A stretch of 62,635 nucleotides of DNA, counting the filler. It is 6 parts of 6 records of this genome, joined end to end, with 100 filler letters (N's around TTAATTAATTAA, not from the genome) between each part and the next. Parts side by side here need not be neighbours in the genome. Positions count along the whole stretch, not along the records: positions 53,688 to 62,635 come from SRR20825019_656; 5 more parts are not named here. One strand, given 5' to 3'. The notes beneath the pieces were generated by a model, which saw only the letters and a program-made list of their open reading frames with translations, searched no databases and had not been told where the DNA came from. Below, piece by piece: positions 61,125 through 62,635 of the stretch (position 1 is its first letter; the number at the start of each line of letters is the position of its first letter). Position numbers and translations under genes: made by a program.

Positions 61125-61925
61125 ATGAAAATTTTCTCCTCTCTCATTTTTTTGTTATTTATTTTTCCTGAAGGCTTTTCACAAGGCAAAATAGATGGGT
61201 TCTATAAAGGAAAAAATAATGGGGCGATAGTTTTAGGACTAGGTTTCGAAGACCCTAAAAATTATTTTGCAGGCAACGAAAAATTAGATCTAGGAAGAAA
61301 TTTATATTATGTCGCTTTTTTTTCGGCATACGGAATAACAGATAATCTGGATGTAAATGTCTCCTTGCCCTATTTAAGCAGTAATAAGCAAAGTGGTTTT
61401 CAAGATATTTCAATTTTTTTTAAACATCGTTTTTTTCAATCTACTTCTGAAAAAGGTAATTTAGATTTCAGTTTTGGTGTAGGTTTTTCAACTCCTGTTT
61501 CTAATTATAATGTAGGAGGTTTGAATGATATTGGTCAACTGGCTACGGTAGTTGAAACACGTGCAATGGCTCACTATAAATGGAATGAAGGATGGTTTAT
61601 CACGTTGCAGAGTGGTTTTTCATTTAAATTTAAAGAAACTCCCAATAGTATTCCTATTACTTTTAAAACAGGTAAAGCTGCTGGTAATTGGTATTACGAT
61701 GTGTTTTATGATTACCAGCATTCCTTAGGCGGTATAGACTATCGTGGAACACCGAGACCACAAAATTTTAAGGAACTTGGCGTAACGTATCATAAAGTTG
61801 GTGGAACATTGTATAAATCTTTTACAGAGAACTTCGGAACGGCTATAAATCTCTCTTATATCTTGCAAGGTCGAAACAGCTTTCAAGGACCTTCATACGG
61901 TTTATCAATAGTGTACAATTTGTAA
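61125..61925 (+). CDS. Hypothetical exported protein, possibly an outer-membrane beta-barrel
   Basis: Signal peptide; YGITDNLDV...LPY, alternating aromatic strands, C-terminal ...LSIVYNL. Confidence 0.6.
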   Translation: MKIFSSLIFLLFIFPEGFSQGKIDGFYKGKNNGAIVLGLGFEDPKNYFAGNEKLDLGRNLYYVAFFSAYGITDNLDVNVSLPYLSSNKQSGFQDISIFFKHRFFQSTSEKGNLDFSFGVGFSTPVSNYNVGGLNDIGQLATVVETRAMAHYKWNEGWFITLQSGFSFKFKETPNSIPITFKTGKAAGNWYYDVFYDYQHSLGGIDYRGTPRPQNFKELGVTYHKVGGTLYKSFTENFGTAINLSYILQGRNSFQGPSYGLSIVYNL

Positions 61926-62042
61926 GTACTTGTAACTATTTGTAATTCGCGCTAAATAACGTCTTCAAGGGTTATTTAACAGAAAAATCAACCCCTATTT
62001 CACAAAATTTTAGTAAACTTGGCATATTAAAATTTTAACACT

Positions 62043-62635
62043 TTGAAGAAAATACTCTCCCTAACTTTTTTATTGCTGTTTTTAACAGCGTTTTCCCCAT
62101 TTACTGCACAGCAAAAGAACGCTACTCTTGAAGAAATTTGGGGTGGCGAATTTAGAACACAACATCTAGATGTACTTCGCTCATTAAAGAACGGTAAAGA
62201 ATATGCCGTGCTTAATTTTGATAGGCAAAACAAAGTCTCAACCGTAGATGTGTACGATTATAAAAGTGGGAAGAAAGCACGAACGCTCTTAAACTCAAAC
62301 GATTTAAAAGGAATTAACTATGTAATCTCTTATGAGTTTAATAAAGACGAATCAAAAATTCTATTTTCAACAGAATTACAACAAGTTTACCGTCATTCTA
62401 CTCTCGGAACATATTATGTGTACGATGTAAAAACAAAAGATTTCAGCCTTGTTTCTACTAATAAAATTCAAGAGCCCACTTTTAGTAATGATGGTTCTAA
62501 GATCGCATATGGCTTTGAAAACAATCTTTATATTAAAGATTTAAATTCGGGAAATACCAAACAAATTACTTCAGACGGAAAAAAGAATAGTACCATAAAC
62601 GGTATTACAGATTGGGTTTATGAAGAAGAATTTGC
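62043..62635 (+). CDS. Dipeptidyl-peptidase IV (S9B), runs off the window; not in the ORF track
   Basis: TTG start, signal peptide MKKILSLTFLLLFLTAF, YRHS..G.YYVYD, QITSDG, NGITDWVYEEEF. Confidence 0.92.
   Translation, partial: MKKILSLTFLLLFLTAFSPFTAQQKNATLEEIWGGEFRTQHLDVLRSLKNGKEYAVLNFDRQNKVSTVDVYDYKSGKKARTLLNSNDLKGINYVISYEFNKDESKILFSTELQQVYRHSTLGTYYVYDVKTKDFSLVSTNKIQEPTFSNDGSKIAYGFENNLYIKDLNSGNTKQITSDGKKNSTINGITDWVYEEEF

Overview
The window is not one locus. It is six unrelated contigs joined by artificial 100-nt spacers (N44-TTAATTAATTAA-N44). (1) 1-8540, AT-rich Flavobacteriaceae-like: two DUF3857/transglutaminase-like paralogs, a T9SS cargo protein, and a membrane protein-wHTH-creD-sanA-DUF2809 cluster with a shared operator-like palindrome. 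(2) 8641-27994, alphaproteobacterium: double-TonB_C protein, kynA-kynB-kynU, azoR, msrB, sppA, an XRE/MmyB regulator divergent from a Tat-exported alpha/beta hydrolase, and CIRCE-groES-groEL. (3) 28095-36150, very GC-rich compact eukaryote with short GT-AG introns: tRNA fragment, acid lipase, a low-complexity protein and a probable Moonraker/KIAA0753 centriole-protein homolog. (4) 36251-46756, bacterial (possibly Verrucomicrobia-like) defence island: SsoII-like 5mC methyltransferase, McrB-like GTPase, DUF2357 McrC-like nuclease, Vsr, two small genes, a toxin-first RES/Xre pair, a cupin, AraC and a Gfo/Idh/MocA oxidoreductase. (5) 46857-53587, Hyphomicrobiales-like: clpA, clpS, DD-carboxypeptidase-SPOR, MATE with a structured leader, azlCD, tRNA-Leu fragment. 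(6) 53688-62635, Flavobacteriaceae-like: carA, eno, hybrid kinase, gltA, amidinotransferase, DPP-IV. The best candidates for new biology are the MTase-McrBC-Vsr system with compositionally distinct specificity modules, the MATE leader RNA, the His-less Tat hydrolase and the creD regulon operator. Family and taxon assignments come from motif recognition by eye; no database search was run.
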